DNA from: Curvularia clavata
Taxonomy: Eukaryota
Direction of reading: 5' to 3'
NCBI GenBank assembly: GCA_023920165.1
Contig: CP089274.1
Span: forward strand, 1,550,001-1,614,000
DNA length: 64,000 nucleotides
Shown here: positions 45,092 through 55,652 of the stretch, one piece after another
Layout: the number at the start of each line of letters is the position of its first letter
Position numbering within the stretch: the stretch's first letter is position 1
Position numbers and translations under genes: made by a program
The notes under the pieces: model-generated
Told to the model about the DNA's origin: nothing
The model's input: only the letters and a program-made list of their open reading frames with translations
Database searches by the model: none

Positions 45092-47321
45092 ATGGTCACG
45101 CACAATGGCTTGATGCGCATATTTTGGCCATCAGACGTCCCCAACGATTCGGCCCCTGGTGTTCTGGTGGGCTTTCAGAATTCCAAGACAGATGTCTTCG
45201 TCGTGGCCGTTCTACAAGATGTCGAACTTCGCCAGGTTGAAAATGCGCTGCTGGTAGGGACGTTGCTGCGACATAGTCCCCATGATATCCAAGAATTGCT
45301 GCAACGCTGTGGGCATTGCGCGCTTCGAGCTGTTGGCTGCGTGAATTCGAAAAGCTCGCCAGACCAACATGGCACCGAACCCCTAACAGTATATACCGAG
45401 CCTTCGGCCCGCTTTCCGCGCATACACTGCCCTACCACCGCCATCACAGCCATTCAAGTCATCGTATACGATCGGCCGCATCCCACGCGTATGCAATATC
45501 TCTCGCTGAACCCCATCACACTGGCACTGGGTGACAAAACAAGGGTAACTGAGTGGGATGGAGTATTTGCTGAGCACGAGGAAGCAGAAACAAAGGAGCG
45601 GAAGAGGAAGGCAGAGCTCATTGACCGTCTGAAGCTTCACACAGTCATAGCTCGTCCGCCTACGCAAAAGGAACTAGCGTTGCCAATGCTCATCGAGCAG
45701 GTCAACTGTTCTTACGAGCTCAACGCTCTCTTGCAAAAAAACATTGGCATGATTGGTCGGCGCATGAAGCGGGCGCTGAGTGTCAGTGAGCGCATGGCAG
45801 AGTCTGCCAACAATCTTTGGGACTATGCTTGGATGGTGCTTGCTTATGTGTTCAGGGTCTGGATATGGCCCATAGCTGCGCAGCTCTTCATAATCGCACT
45901 CATCACTCATCGCATACTGGGTGAAGCTGTGATTCTCGTCTTGCATTGGCAGCCTCGAGCTTCGGACTCTCCTGCCTTGAAGGATATTTCCGCGACGGCA
46001 CAGCAGATTGATATTCGGCTGCAGCAATCGTGTTACTGGCCTATTCAGTACCTTACCTTGCGTCGACGCAAGGCCAATTGGGAGAGTATCACCAACAGCC
46101 ATCCAGAGTACATTCGATTCTACAATAGTCTGTGGTTAGTCGCAAATGATGTAATCATGGGTATTGCTGTCGGCACATTCATTATTGAGAACAAGTCATT
46201 TGTGGCAGCACAGGTCGACACCATATTCAGTGCCTGGTCAGTGGAGGGGCTACGCCGCATGATATCATGGCTCATGGGGTGGCCGGGAGGCCTCAAGCTC
46301 AACACCGAGTTGGCAGCGTTCCTGGGTGACTTGTTTCTTTGGGTCATTGACTACTGGGCTAGTAAGTTTATCGCGTTGACACAGAGACCGCTGCTAACGA
46401 AAGACGATCAGACTGCATATCGCTTCTGCGACCACATCTTCCCGCACTCATCCAGGTTATCGGCTACTCATCCTTTGCGGGCGCAACCATGCCAATATCA
46501 ATCTTCTCAGACCTCGTCTCACTACTCACCATACACATTTATTCTTTTTATGTTGCGTCTGCTCGCATCTTCCATTGGCAGCTCACGATCATCATTTCTC
46601 TCTTTCACCTCTTCCGGGGTAAGAAACGCAACATCCTGCGGAACCGAATCGATTCGTGCGACTACGATCTCGACCAACTGCTGCTCGGCACCATCCTATT
46701 CACGCTACAGTTTTTCCTCTTGCCGACAGTTTTTGTCTTCTACCTTACATTCGCAAGCGCAAGAATTGCCGTCATTGGTCTCAAAGCAAGCCTAGAGATG
46801 GGACTAGCGTGTCTCAACCACTTTCCGCTGTTTGCCGTCATGTTACGACTTAAGGACCCTGGGCGATTACCTGGAGGTATCTGTTTCGAGCTACAAGACA
46901 CAGGCAACATTCCAGACAAAGCCACCACGCCTGACCCGGTACCGACAGCTTACGTGTTGCTCAAAGTAAGTTCTTCTATCTGCGTCATCGGCTTCGTCCT
47001 GCTTACAAAGTGTAGTCCGTGCCACTGTCGCTTCGTGCCATGTTCCAGCCATATTTTGACCTGGGCGATCGCATACGAAAACACTACTTCTCGCCTAGCG
47101 TGTTGCTGTATCTGGCATCGGGCCAATTCGTCCCACCAATACATCGACGCAATCTATACAGACTACAATATAGCATGTTACCAGCGAAGAGGGCAAGCAT
47201 AGGTGATTTGTGGAAAGAGCTAACTGAGCGCAACCAGCGGTCGTCGCAGGCATCCAATGGCCATGCCATGACGCCGTTTAGAAGAGGCATATCAAGTAGC
47301 AAAAGTAGAAAAATTATTTAA
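45092..47321 (+). CDS. GPI1: GPI-GlcNAc transferase subunit Gpi1/PIG-Q; exons 45092-46361, 46412-46965, 47016-47321
   Basis: MRIFWPSD..GVLVG, QIDIRLQQ.CYWP.QY, YIRFYNSLWLVANDVI.G, WLMGWPGGLKLNTEL and SLFHLFRGKKRNILRNRIDSCDYDLDQLLLGT. Confidence 0.96.
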
Positions 47322-47872
47322 GTTTCCGTACCAGTGTTGCATACTCTCTTTGCCACTTTTACTTTTAAATCATTATACCTAGCCCTTTCCTCTGCTAACT
47401 TATCATGCTCTACTATTCTCTCGTAAAAAAGCTTAGATATAGCCGGGGATTTTGTTACTACTCCTTGCTGGTATTTACTCCTCTCTTACTAGTAGTAAGA
47501 TAAGAAATAAAGAGCGAAGAAGCAAAGAAAAAGTATCAGATAAACCATCTTTGCTCCGTGCCTTTGCTAGTTTCAGTACACGCTGACCGTAGTCGCATGT
47601 ACACCCTCCTAGCTGCGTAGCCCAATCTTACGATTCCTGGTTCTGTCGGGGCCCTTATTATTGCTGGGTTTAACTTCCTTATTGTTCTTCTCCAGCCATT
47701 CTACCTTTTTCTTCTTTTCTTCTTCTTTTTTTTTGTCTAATTGGCTTCGCCTGTAGCTTGAATCGAATCCACGTGTCTTTTCACATTTTTTGAAGCCCGA
47801 TTTGTCGCTTCCCTGTGATCTAATGTATCGTGCGAGGAGCCCACGCGATATTGCTAAGAGGAGGTGGTTTTT

Positions 47873-47980
47873 TTCTTCTTCTTCTTCTTCTTCTTCTTCT
47901 TCTTCTTCTTCTTCTTCTTCTTCTTCTTCTTCTTCTTCTTCTTCTTCTTCTTCTTCTTCTTCTTCTTCTTCTTCTTCTTC
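47873..47980. repeat. (TTC)36 / (GAA)36 microsatellite
   Basis: Uninterrupted 108-bp trinucleotide repeat. Confidence 0.97.
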
Positions 47981-48867
47981 TGATGGTATAATGGAGACTT
48001 TTTGAGTTTGACAGTAGAGTTCACCCATGAGCAGGACAGGAGAACCATAAGGATGCGGGTGCTCCAGGACAGATTCTTCTCTTACATGGTTGTTATAATC
48101 ATTTGTTCATCATGTCGTTAGGTGTAGAGGGAGATATCATTGCATCGCCATAGCATGATAATCAGTTACGATTACCTAGTTGTTGTCTGCACCTGCCACT
48201 TCGTATATTACACCATAATATGCCACAGGCTTCTGAGAACCACCACCTGCATGAATCTTTTGTTTCGCCATGCACTACACTATGGTATGGAAGACATGAC
48301 CGAGGAGAGGTACACAATGTAAGGGCGTCACTGACATCGCTCAATAAGACACACAGATCAATCAGTGGGTAGTCATAGGTACAAGTAAATTTGGCAAACC
48401 AAAATCCTATGGACTCTACAAAAATTGAGTTTTCATATTCTGAGCTATGTCTTGCTGACATCCAAGGTCCTGGCAAGCTAGTTTGCCGCTCTAAGCCAGC
48501 GATGAGAACCGTGACTGAATCACAAAGGTAGACAACATCAGCAAAGAGTAAGATCCATGTGAGACATTTGAGCAATCTGCTCAAGCATTTTCTGTATTTG
48601 TAAGATATCAGAAATGATGCATGGTCTCGAAGACCCTAATAGATCATGGCCATACATCTTTTGGACAATTTTGGCAAGCCCCTCAAGCTGCGAAGAGCTT
48701 GTTTTTTAATCGACAAAAAAGTCCCCTTAAGATTATGTAAGAAAAAAAGCAGAAAACCTCCATATTCCAGAAGAAAGAACTAACACCACAAGCCTTGGCC
48801 TGTAGATCGAGATAGCCGGCGAACCGGAAGCGGCAAGCGATTCTTCAAAGCACCTAAACGCCTGACA

Positions 48868-50478
48868 TCAAATGCTAGCTAGAAATGTACGAGGCACCAT
48901 CATCGCCAGGTGGTTGCGGCCAGTCTGGCGGTTTAGGCGTCTTACTCGGTGGCTCGTCGGGACGAGGCTTACGACCCCAAACGACATAACTAGCAATGAT
49001 CAGCTTAAAGCTCATGGCAAGTTGATATGCGTTTCGAAAACTTACACCTTGTAGTAGGCATGTACGGATTTATCTGCCAGGGCAGTCCGCACGTGGGCAA
49101 GATAAACCTCCACTTCTGCAGGCGACCAACCCAAGGCAGTAACAAAGTACTCAATTGACCATGCGTGTACACCGGCGCACATATTCCAATAGAACCATTT
49201 TCCGAATACCTTCATCCGCTCATCCTTGGGCCAGGAGTTGACGGGAATAGCGAATATCTCCTCATGTACATCAACGAAGCCTGCCTGTTCGTACCACCGC
49301 TTCAGCTTGTTGGCAATGCGCAAGGGCCGGCCTAGGCGCATGGCTGCATCATCCTCGTTTGCTGTCCATTCAAGCAGCGCATAGTCTGAAGGCATTGTTC
49401 CATCGTTGCAGTAGACCTTGGGATAGAGCTCCTGCGACTCCATCCATCCTCCAGGGTTAAGATTGTTGAAGCTTTTCTGGATGATTTCGCGGAAATCATT
49501 GAAGATACCGAGGGACATGCGCGTGTGAATGTAGTCGTATGGCTGCGTGCAATGCCACCATTCTGGACGAGTGATGTCATCCATGAAGAAGTCGACATTT
49601 TCGCAAGAGCTATTGGATGTCAGCAAGAGCTTTTGGGAGTCTACGCCCGGCTCTGGCGAAGGATGCGCGGCTTACATCTTGGGCTGGATCGGGGACAGAT
49701 CGATGCCTTCAACCTATACCTTTGTCAGATGAGTCGCAGAGGAAGATGCGAAAGACGTACCCGACACTTTGGGAACTCGTTGGCTATGGATTGTTAGTGC
49801 TCTTGCTGCTACTAGGCGGTCGATCAACGTACCCATTTCGAAGCACCACTTGCCGGTGCCGCAGCCAATGTCGAGCATCCTCTTGGGCCGCTTCACCTTC
49901 AAGGGCGCGAGGTAATTTCTCTGGTGGAACAGGGCGGTAAGGATAACATGCTGCATATCCAAGCGCTCTATCTCAGGCTGGTTATCAGGCAATCAGCGAC
50001 GGTCGGATTGATATGGTAGGGACTAGTGCAGCAACCAGACGTACCGCGTCGTTGGGGAAAGGATAGGCTGGCATGAATTAGCTGGGGCCGCAGCAGAAGA
50101 CTTGGAGCCTATCTAGACTTACCACCAGCGCGGTATCCATGGTAGGTCCTGCCGTATTTCTTGACATAGTCGAAGATGCTTGGCGTGAGGCTTTGTATCT
50201 CGCTGGGGGGCGTGTGAGTCGGGCACAGCTGTAAGGGGCAGACGGGCACAAGGGACGCACGAGTTGTCGTAGTCGTCTGACTGAGGATCCGACTAGAGGT
50301 TCCCAATTAGCTGGCGGTGCTTGTCGCAGGGAGGGCGGCACGGCGGGGCGTGCGGTGCGGGTGTTTGACATACATCAGGCTCCAGGGTCGAGTGTGTGAA
50401 GTCGGTGAGATCGGTCGCGCTGGACAGAGGGCGTAGCGGCTTATCCTTGCGTAGGCGGTCGGGCGCAGAGGCAGCCAT
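48868..50478 (-). CDS. SAM-dependent methyltransferase, LaeA-like family; 9 exons: 50478-50374, 50292-50261, 50202-50123, 50067-50045, 49977-49833, 49783-49761, 49713-49676, 49609-49046, 48989-48868
   Basis: SLTPSIFDY...GRTYH.YR.G.YPFPND..E.ERLD.QH, MLDIGCGTGKW, GIDLSPIQP, YDYIHTR, NLNPGGWMESQE and YVVWGRKP. All eight introns are GT-AG and restore the frame. Confidence 0.92.
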
Positions 50479-51803
50479 AATGGGCTGTTGCGATGCGCTA
50501 CGGGTGCGCTATTTGACTCTGGACGAGTCTTGTCGAGGAGGAGGCGAAACCCAGCGGAGCGGCATGTCGTTCCCAAGGCCCTGGCCTTGGGGGCGCTGAC
50601 GGCCACGCCAGGGCGGGACTGTCCTGCGCTAAGGCCTCGCCCAGCGAACCCCGCAATAATCCGAACCTCCACCGCCCGTCTGCCACCTGTTGGACCCACG
50701 ACACCGCGTCGAATGACGAGCTCACTGTTGCGCCTCGTCCTGTCAGCTACCGCCCGCATGGCTTTGGGTACGCGTCCTCCCATCCGACGCAGTGCATGGC
50801 AGCTTGCCGCTCCCTCGGGTGCGCCCACGACGATACGTCAGGAAGACTCTGCCCGACACCTCCCAGCCAGTCCATGGCAGCGTCTGTACAGCGCCTCCTA
50901 CGTATTGTCCTTGCTGTCATCATGGCCGCCCATTCACGCATGCAGCACCTCGGCGACTTGGGCCATGCGGTGAGGTGGTTGGATTCAAAAGACACCGGCG
51001 GCGCGCCGGCGCACCGGGTTCATGGAAACAGAGCGCCAAAATGTCATCCGGGCTGACTGCCAAGTACAAGGTGTCGCGATAACCGCCCTGTCCGGTCCCT
51101 GAATCTAGTCATGATACCCACAGTTTCGACGACATACTAAATTTTCCCAAACTCACGTCTGCTGTTTGAGCATACGTAAATTCGCCGTACTTACGATTAG
51201 CATGCCTAAATGAAGCTAGTGTCAACGTGCAGGGCATACAAATCCAAGTACATATTCGCATCCCTCCGACTGAACTATCCTACCAGCAGAGTACCTGCGA
51301 ACCCCAATGTCAGGTAAACACCATTCTGTATATACTCTTTGGTGCCTAGAAATCCACATAGCAAAGTCTTGCACATATCTAAAACCATATTTCGCGAGCA
51401 ATTTTGTTATCTCGATATTCAGGCAAGCTCACTTCACATGGCTCACGGCTACCAATTTAACATGCAGCATTGTCGATATTGTGCGAGCTTTGATATCACG
51501 TCGAACCGAACAGGGCATAGCCCAAAGGAAGGTGTTGGGCAAAATACTTGCCTGAAGAAGAGTCAGACATCGACGTCTAAGGTGCAGCTGATCTTAGGCA
51601 CACTGAAATGCAGTTCAAGGGTTTGGAACGTGGCTCATGGAAGAAAGGTTACCAAAGTGGGTTAGGCATGAAGGCATGGAAGGCGGCAACAGACGATGAA
51701 CAAGGAAGAAAGCAATCCACATTGCCTGAAAACGGGTGTTCCATCTAGACCGATGCGCTAATGTACAAGTGCTCATGCCAAAAAGCTTTTGCCAACATGT
51801 GAT

Positions 51804-52695
51804 TTACCGGCCCTTCTTGACCCAGCCCTCCAAGCTTTCCCTGGTGTCAGCGAGTTTTCCCTCGACGGCACCAACTGTACCCTGAGCGTGCGCCTTTCCT
51901 GTCTCGATGAACTGCAAGATCCTGTTCTTCATGCGTAGGTGTGTATCAGCAATAACAGGGTATCGTTCCTCGTAGGTCCAGATGAGATCGCCAACGTTCT
52001 TGGAGGTAATGGGCAATACCACGTTCGCAGCGGTAATGCCAACAGCAACGGGGACGGAAGCCCGGAGGAGGAAGTTACGGTTACGCGTAACAATAGATCC
52101 AGCCATGGAGGCGACGAGCACGTAAAGGGCGCCGGGCAAGACCTTCTCGCCCGACTCTTTTGGTGGGGCTAACGAGCGGATGGTGCTTGTGAAGGAATGC
52201 TCCAGACGGAGCGTCTCAGTGAGAGCGTTATCAACGGCCTTCTCGCCGCGAACGGCTTGTTCGTACAGAGCCATGCGCGCACGGCCAATCTGGACAGCCA
52301 GGCGATCGGTAGGTGTCGGGCGGTATACTGGCTCATCAGATGGAGCCGGGCGTGATGGCTCAGTTAGGGAGGGGGCAGTAGGCGCAGTGGTATCGATGGG
52401 CATATCATCGTAGATTGGTTTGCGGTTCTCAAGGCCGTGTCAGTACAGAGTCGCGTGTGCAGTCGAAGCGCCCCCTTTCCCTTTTCCCACGAACATTTGG
52501 CAGAGACACTGGACAGTGGGACATACCGAGTAGTCTTCCTGGCGCTCTTCTGCGTATACGGTGCGAGGAGCGAAGATTGCAGTAGCCGATAGGGCGGCCA
52601 TGGTGGGGACGACGGCGCGCTGCAAGACATCAGAAGGCGGGCCTGGCTGGCATGTCGAGTCTACTCACCTGCCGTAGCAGCGGTCTAAAAGCCAT
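51804..52695 (-). CDS. MIC26: MICOS subunit Mic26/Mic27 (apolipoprotein O family); exons 52695-52669, 52619-52527, 52427-51804
   Basis: Presequence-like MAFRPLLRQRA, RKPIYDD, PTPTDRLA.QI..AR, LPGALYVLVASMAGSIVTRNR and P.T..NVGDL.W.YE. Confidence 0.88.
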
Positions 52696-52881
52696 GTCGG
52701 GCGTGGGGCGGACGCAATGGATGGGAGACTGGCCGTGTGCCAACTTCTGATGTTGAGCTTCTGAGGATGCGGAAACGGCCGTGCGAGCGCCGCAGGAATC
52801 CCGCCTGTCCTCGGCTGACCGATGACATCGTCTGCCTCTGCCCTCCAGTTCAGCCAGCCTTTACTTGTGCCACCACCCAAT

Positions 52882-55272
52882 ATGCTTAAGCGACTCGCGC
52901 GCACAAGGCCACCAACCTCGCCCTGGATCTGCCAGCGCTGCCTCCAGCAGTCCCAGCGCCAACGACGCTTCAACTCCACATTCGCCGCCGCCGCCACCAA
53001 AGCACACGACCCTGCGCTGCCCCCCGCGTCCCTTCACGGCCTATCTGCCAGCGGAAAGCCCGATGACGACGCCCTCCGCAAGGTCTTCGACAGCGCTTCC
53101 TTTTGGGATGGATTCAAACGCGCCTCGCAAAAAGGGCAGCCGGCTGGAATCATAGGCAACAAATACCTCACCCACCCTGAAGGTTTCGCTGATTTCGTTA
53201 CTATAACGATTCAGCGCTGCAATGCTGTCGTGCAGAAAGTGGCGGCAGCACAGTTGACCCAAGACTATAAAGTCATCGTCAAAGACCTTGACAAGCTCAG
53301 CGACTTGCTATGTCGGGTCATCGACTTGGCCGACTTTGTGCGAGGCACGCATCCGGATCGCAAGTTCCAGGCAATGGCAGTCAGCGCATACTCGACTGTG
53401 TTTCAGTACATGAACCAGCTAAACACTACGCCAGTGTTGTACGACCAGCTAAAGAAAGCCTCTGAGATACCCGAAGTATACGATACCTGGAGCGAGGAAG
53501 AGCGCATCGTTGCAAGAATATTAATGGAGGACTTTGCAAGATTTGGGATTGGCTCGGATGACAAGACTCGTGAGAAGCTGGTAGATTTGAGTGGAGAGAT
53601 TGCAGAAGTTGGAAATCAGTTTGTCGAAGGGATGGCACCCGAGACGCTGACATTGAGATTCAAATCTACCCGACTCAGAGGGCTGGATCCGAACTTGGCA
53701 AAGAGTTTGACCAGATGGGGCGAAACAAAGATTTCGACCATGCACCACGAGGCGCAATCTGTGTTACGGTTTGTGGAAGATCCAGATGTGCGCAGAGAGA
53801 CATACCAAGCTGTCCGGACAGCAAGTAAACCCAGCATTGCACGACTAGAGAAGATGTTGAAGCTGCGCGCTGAATTGGCCGAGACATCAGGCTACGAGAC
53901 GTTTGCTCATATGACGCTCGAGAATAAAATGGCTCGAACGCCAGAGGCCGTCAATACATTCTTAAAGGCACTATACGAGGATAGCCGACCAGCTGTACTC
54001 GCTGACTTGGAGGAGCTCACAGAACTGAAACGAGGAGATGCCCACCGGTCCAACTTTCCAGACCGTATCAATGCGTGGGACAAATTCTACTATACGCAGA
54101 AGATGCTGGCGACAATGGAGGGTCATTACCGACAGCGTACTCCAGATTCACTGTCTGCCTACTTTTCCGTAGGCACTGTCCTACAGGGCATTTCCCGACT
54201 TTTTGACCGCCTCTATGGCGTACGATTTGTGCCTAAAGAGACACAACCAGGAGAGGTATGGGATGAGGGTGTGCGCCGGCTCGATGTGATATCTGATACC
54301 GAAGGCCACATTGCGGTGCTATACTGTGACTTGTATTCTCGACCTGGCAAAACACCCAACCCAGCACACTTCACCCTGCGGTGTAGCCGTGAGATTCTCC
54401 CTTCAGAAATGGAGGAAATGGCACACATGCAACACCGCTTCTCCTCACCCATTGAGGCAGCAACCGACGGCATGCCGGTGTCGTATAATGCCGAACGCCA
54501 AAGTTATTTCCAATTGCCTACTATCGCGTTGATATGCGATTTCAGCAAATCCTCTCATCAGCGACCTACACTTCTCAACATCCACGACGTGCGCACTCTT
54601 TTTCATGAAATGGGCCATGCCCTCCACTCGATTCTCGGTCGCACAGCTCTCCAGAACGTCTCTGGTACTCGCTGTGCTACCGACATTGCTGAGCTGCCTT
54701 CGGTTTTGATGGAACACTTTGCGTTTTGTCCACATGTCCTCTCCTTGTATGCCCGCCACTGGGAAACAGATGCACCAGTCCCCATGGCTGCCCTTGAGTC
54801 CCGTCTTGCCATCGACAATCGGAATCAGTATGCCGAATTGGAATCACAGATCTTGCTCTGCATGCTGGACCAAGCTTACCACTCGCGTATTGCTGCGGAC
54901 CCAAACTTCAATTCGACCAAAGTCTACCACGATGTTTACAACAAATATGCATCTGTCCCTGAGCCCGCTGGAACAGCCTGGCAAGGCTTCTTTGGCCACT
55001 TATATGGATACGGTGCTACTTATTATTCTTACCTGTTTGATCGCGCCCTAGCAGCCAAGATTTGGAAAGATGTATTCCAGCATAATGGCCCGGAGGGCAG
55101 CTTGGATAGAGAGAACGGCGAGCTGTACAAAAACGAGGTTCTGAGATGGGGCGGAGGTAGAGATGGTTGGCAGTGTCTTGCTGGTGTTCTCAAGGACGAG
55201 AGGTTAGCTGAAGGCGGTGAGCAGGCGATGCAGGAAGTAGGAAAATGGGGCATTAGAGAGGCAAGGAAGTAA
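52882..55272 (+). CDS. OCT1: Mitochondrial intermediate peptidase (M3A)
   Basis: Arg-rich presequence MLKRLARTR..W.C.RC, LDKLSDLLCRVIDL, zinc motif LFHEMGHALHS, GTRCATD.AELPS.LME and FGHL.GYGATYYSYLFDR. An upstream in-frame ATG at 52822 is less likely. Confidence 0.95.
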   Translation: MLKRLARTRPPTSPWICQRCLQQSQRQRRFNSTFAAAATKAHDPALPPASLHGLSASGKPDDDALRKVFDSASFWDGFKRASQKGQPAGIIGNKYLTHPEGFADFVTITIQRCNAVVQKVAAAQLTQDYKVIVKDLDKLSDLLCRVIDLADFVRGTHPDRKFQAMAVSAYSTVFQYMNQLNTTPVLYDQLKKASEIPEVYDTWSEEERIVARILMEDFARFGIGSDDKTREKLVDLSGEIAEVGNQFVEGMAPETLTLRFKSTRLRGLDPNLAKSLTRWGETKISTMHHEAQSVLRFVEDPDVRRETYQAVRTASKPSIARLEKMLKLRAELAETSGYETFAHMTLENKMARTPEAVNTFLKALYEDSRPAVLADLEELTELKRGDAHRSNFPDRINAWDKFYYTQKMLATMEGHYRQRTPDSLSAYFSVGTVLQGISRLFDRLYGVRFVPKETQPGEVWDEGVRRLDVISDTEGHIAVLYCDLYSRPGKTPNPAHFTLRCSREILPSEMEEMAHMQHRFSSPIEAATDGMPVSYNAERQSYFQLPTIALICDFSKSSHQRPTLLNIHDVRTLFHEMGHALHSILGRTALQNVSGTRCATDIAELPSVLMEHFAFCPHVLSLYARHWETDAPVPMAALESRLAIDNRNQYAELESQILLCMLDQAYHSRIAADPNFNSTKVYHDVYNKYASVPEPAGTAWQGFFGHLYGYGATYYSYLFDRALAAKIWKDVFQHNGPEGSLDRENGELYKNEVLRWGGGRDGWQCLAGVLKDERLAEGGEQAMQEVGKWGIREARK

Positions 55273-55580
55273 AAAAAAACCTTTGCTTGTTTAGATCTAG
55301 ATCTTCATGTGTTGTATGATATACTAGTAAGAGAAGCTGCAAATGTTCCTGAAAATAGCATTATCCTATAAACTGAGATCGTCCTTGATCATGATGAGTG
55401 TGCTGGGCTAAATGAGACTTGTCATTAAGTTACTTTGTATTCTGACCGTATCCGCATCATCGTCTTGGGTATGAAATCAAATAGCTACATGCAGCCAAGC
55501 ATGTGGAGTAGCATGGAGGCGGGCATGTGGCGGGCCACTATAGGCTGAATACACGCTAACCTCTTCAAGATGACGCGTTC

Positions 55581-55590
55581 TTATCGATAA
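55581..55590. promoter_or_regulatory. TTATCGATAA palindrome upstream of DHR2, next to ACGCGT
   Basis: Exact 10-bp palindrome ~60 bp before the ATG. Confidence 0.5.
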
Positions 55591-55652
55591 AGAATGGGAA
55601 GTCTAGAAAAGTTTTGGACCACCAAAACACCAGCACCTTCCCAGCAACAAGT

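Noticed and set aside
45069..45113. Stop-codon readthrough fusing the microprotein to Gpi1
   Set aside because: The microprotein's last exon is out of frame with GPI1; readthrough would end at TGA 45111-45113.
47790..48048. Poly-S, poly-K and poly-E ORFs
   Set aside because: These are artefacts of the stop-free TTC microsatellite.
50307..50973. 160-170-aa ORFs on both strands upstream of the methyltransferase
   Set aside because: GC-rich promoter sequence giving R/A/P-rich translations with no motif or splice structure.
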